From a virus, in the UHGV virus genome UHGV-1774420: a stretch of DNA of 15,169 bases. One strand, 5' to 3'. The translations under genes were made by a program, and so were the position numbers. Shown piece after piece: positions 14,587 to 15,169 of this stretch (positions are counted from its first letter, which is position 1; every line of letters starts with the position of its first letter). Under the pieces are notes generated by a model. The model had not been told where the DNA came from and made no database searches. It was given only the letters and a program-made list of their open reading frames with translations.

Positions 14587-15169
14587 ATGCAGGATATTCC
14601 ACAGGAAACACATCATGAGACGACACGCCTTACTCAGTCAGCCCAGGTGGTGCTCTGGGAAATCGATCTGACAGAGGTCGGTGGTGAACGTTATTTTTTC
14701 TGTAATGAGCAGAACGAAAAAGGTGAGCCGGTCACCTGGCAGGGGCGGCAGTATCAGGCATACCCCATTCAGGGGACGGGATTTGAACTGAACGGTAAGG
14801 GCAGTGCTGCCCGTCCGACACTGACGGTCTCTAACCTGCACGGCATGGTCACCGGGATGGCGGAAGACCTGCAGAGTCTGGTCGGCGGAACGGTGGTCAG
14901 GCGTAAGGTTTACGCCCGTTTTCTGGATGTGGTGAACTTCGTCAACGGAAACAGCGACGCCGATCCGGAGCAGGAGGTGATCAGCCGCTGGCGCATCGAG
15001 CAGTGTAGCGAACTGAGTGCGGTCAGTGCCTCCTTTGTGCTCTCCACACCGACGGAAACGGATGGTGCTGTTTTTCCGGGGCGCATCATGCTGGCCAACA
15101 CCTGCACCTGGACCTATCGCGGTGATGAGTGCGGTTATAGCGGTCCGGCGGTCGCGGATGAATATGACC
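14587..15169 (+). CDS. L: tail tip protein, lambda gpL homologue (3' end outside the window)
   Basis: MQDIPQETHHETTRLTQSAQVVLWEIDLTEVGGERYFFCNEQNEKGEPVTWQGRQYQAYPIQG... is near-identical to lambda L as I recall it. AGGAGG RBS at 14575-14580. The ORF runs off the window end. Confidence 0.92.
   Translation, partial: MQDIPQETHHETTRLTQSAQVVLWEIDLTEVGGERYFFCNEQNEKGEPVTWQGRQYQAYPIQGTGFELNGKGSAARPTLTVSNLHGMVTGMAEDLQSLVGGTVVRRKVYARFLDVVNFVNGNSDADPEQEVISRWRIEQCSELSAVSASFVLSTPTETDGAVFPGRIMLANTCTWTYRGDECGYSGPAVADEYD

Noticed and set aside
1-15169. CRISPR arrays, IS elements, integrase or attachment sites
   Set aside because: No regularly spaced direct repeats, no transposase-like ORF with terminal inverted repeats, and no integrase gene were seen; the window looks internal to the prophage.

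Overview
This window is a mosaic lambdoid prophage segment (Enterobacteriaceae-type), read left to right: the end of the nin region (partial zinc-finger protein), a DLP12/QuuD-type antiterminator Q, an AT-rich minus-strand moron encoding a NYN/PIN-like nuclease-fold protein, a repeat-rich late promoter region with a terminator, a small winged-helix ORF, an orphan N6-adenine DNA methyltransferase, a phage-21-type lysis cassette (pinholin, SAR endolysin, Rz with embedded Rz1), a poorly coding right-end region with two adjacent hairpins and a probable cos site, then terminase small and large subunits, gpW-like protein, lambda-B-type portal, a ClpP-protease/scaffold/major-capsid fusion, DUF2190-like head protein, and lambda-like FII, Z, U, V, M and L (L is cut by the window end). 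All calls rest on reading the translations and on recalled family signatures, not on database searches. The two observations I rate highest are the NYN-domain moron sitting at the Q-to-lysis hotspot, and the absence of the tail chaperone and tape-measure genes (G, G-T, H) between V and M, which suggests a defective prophage.
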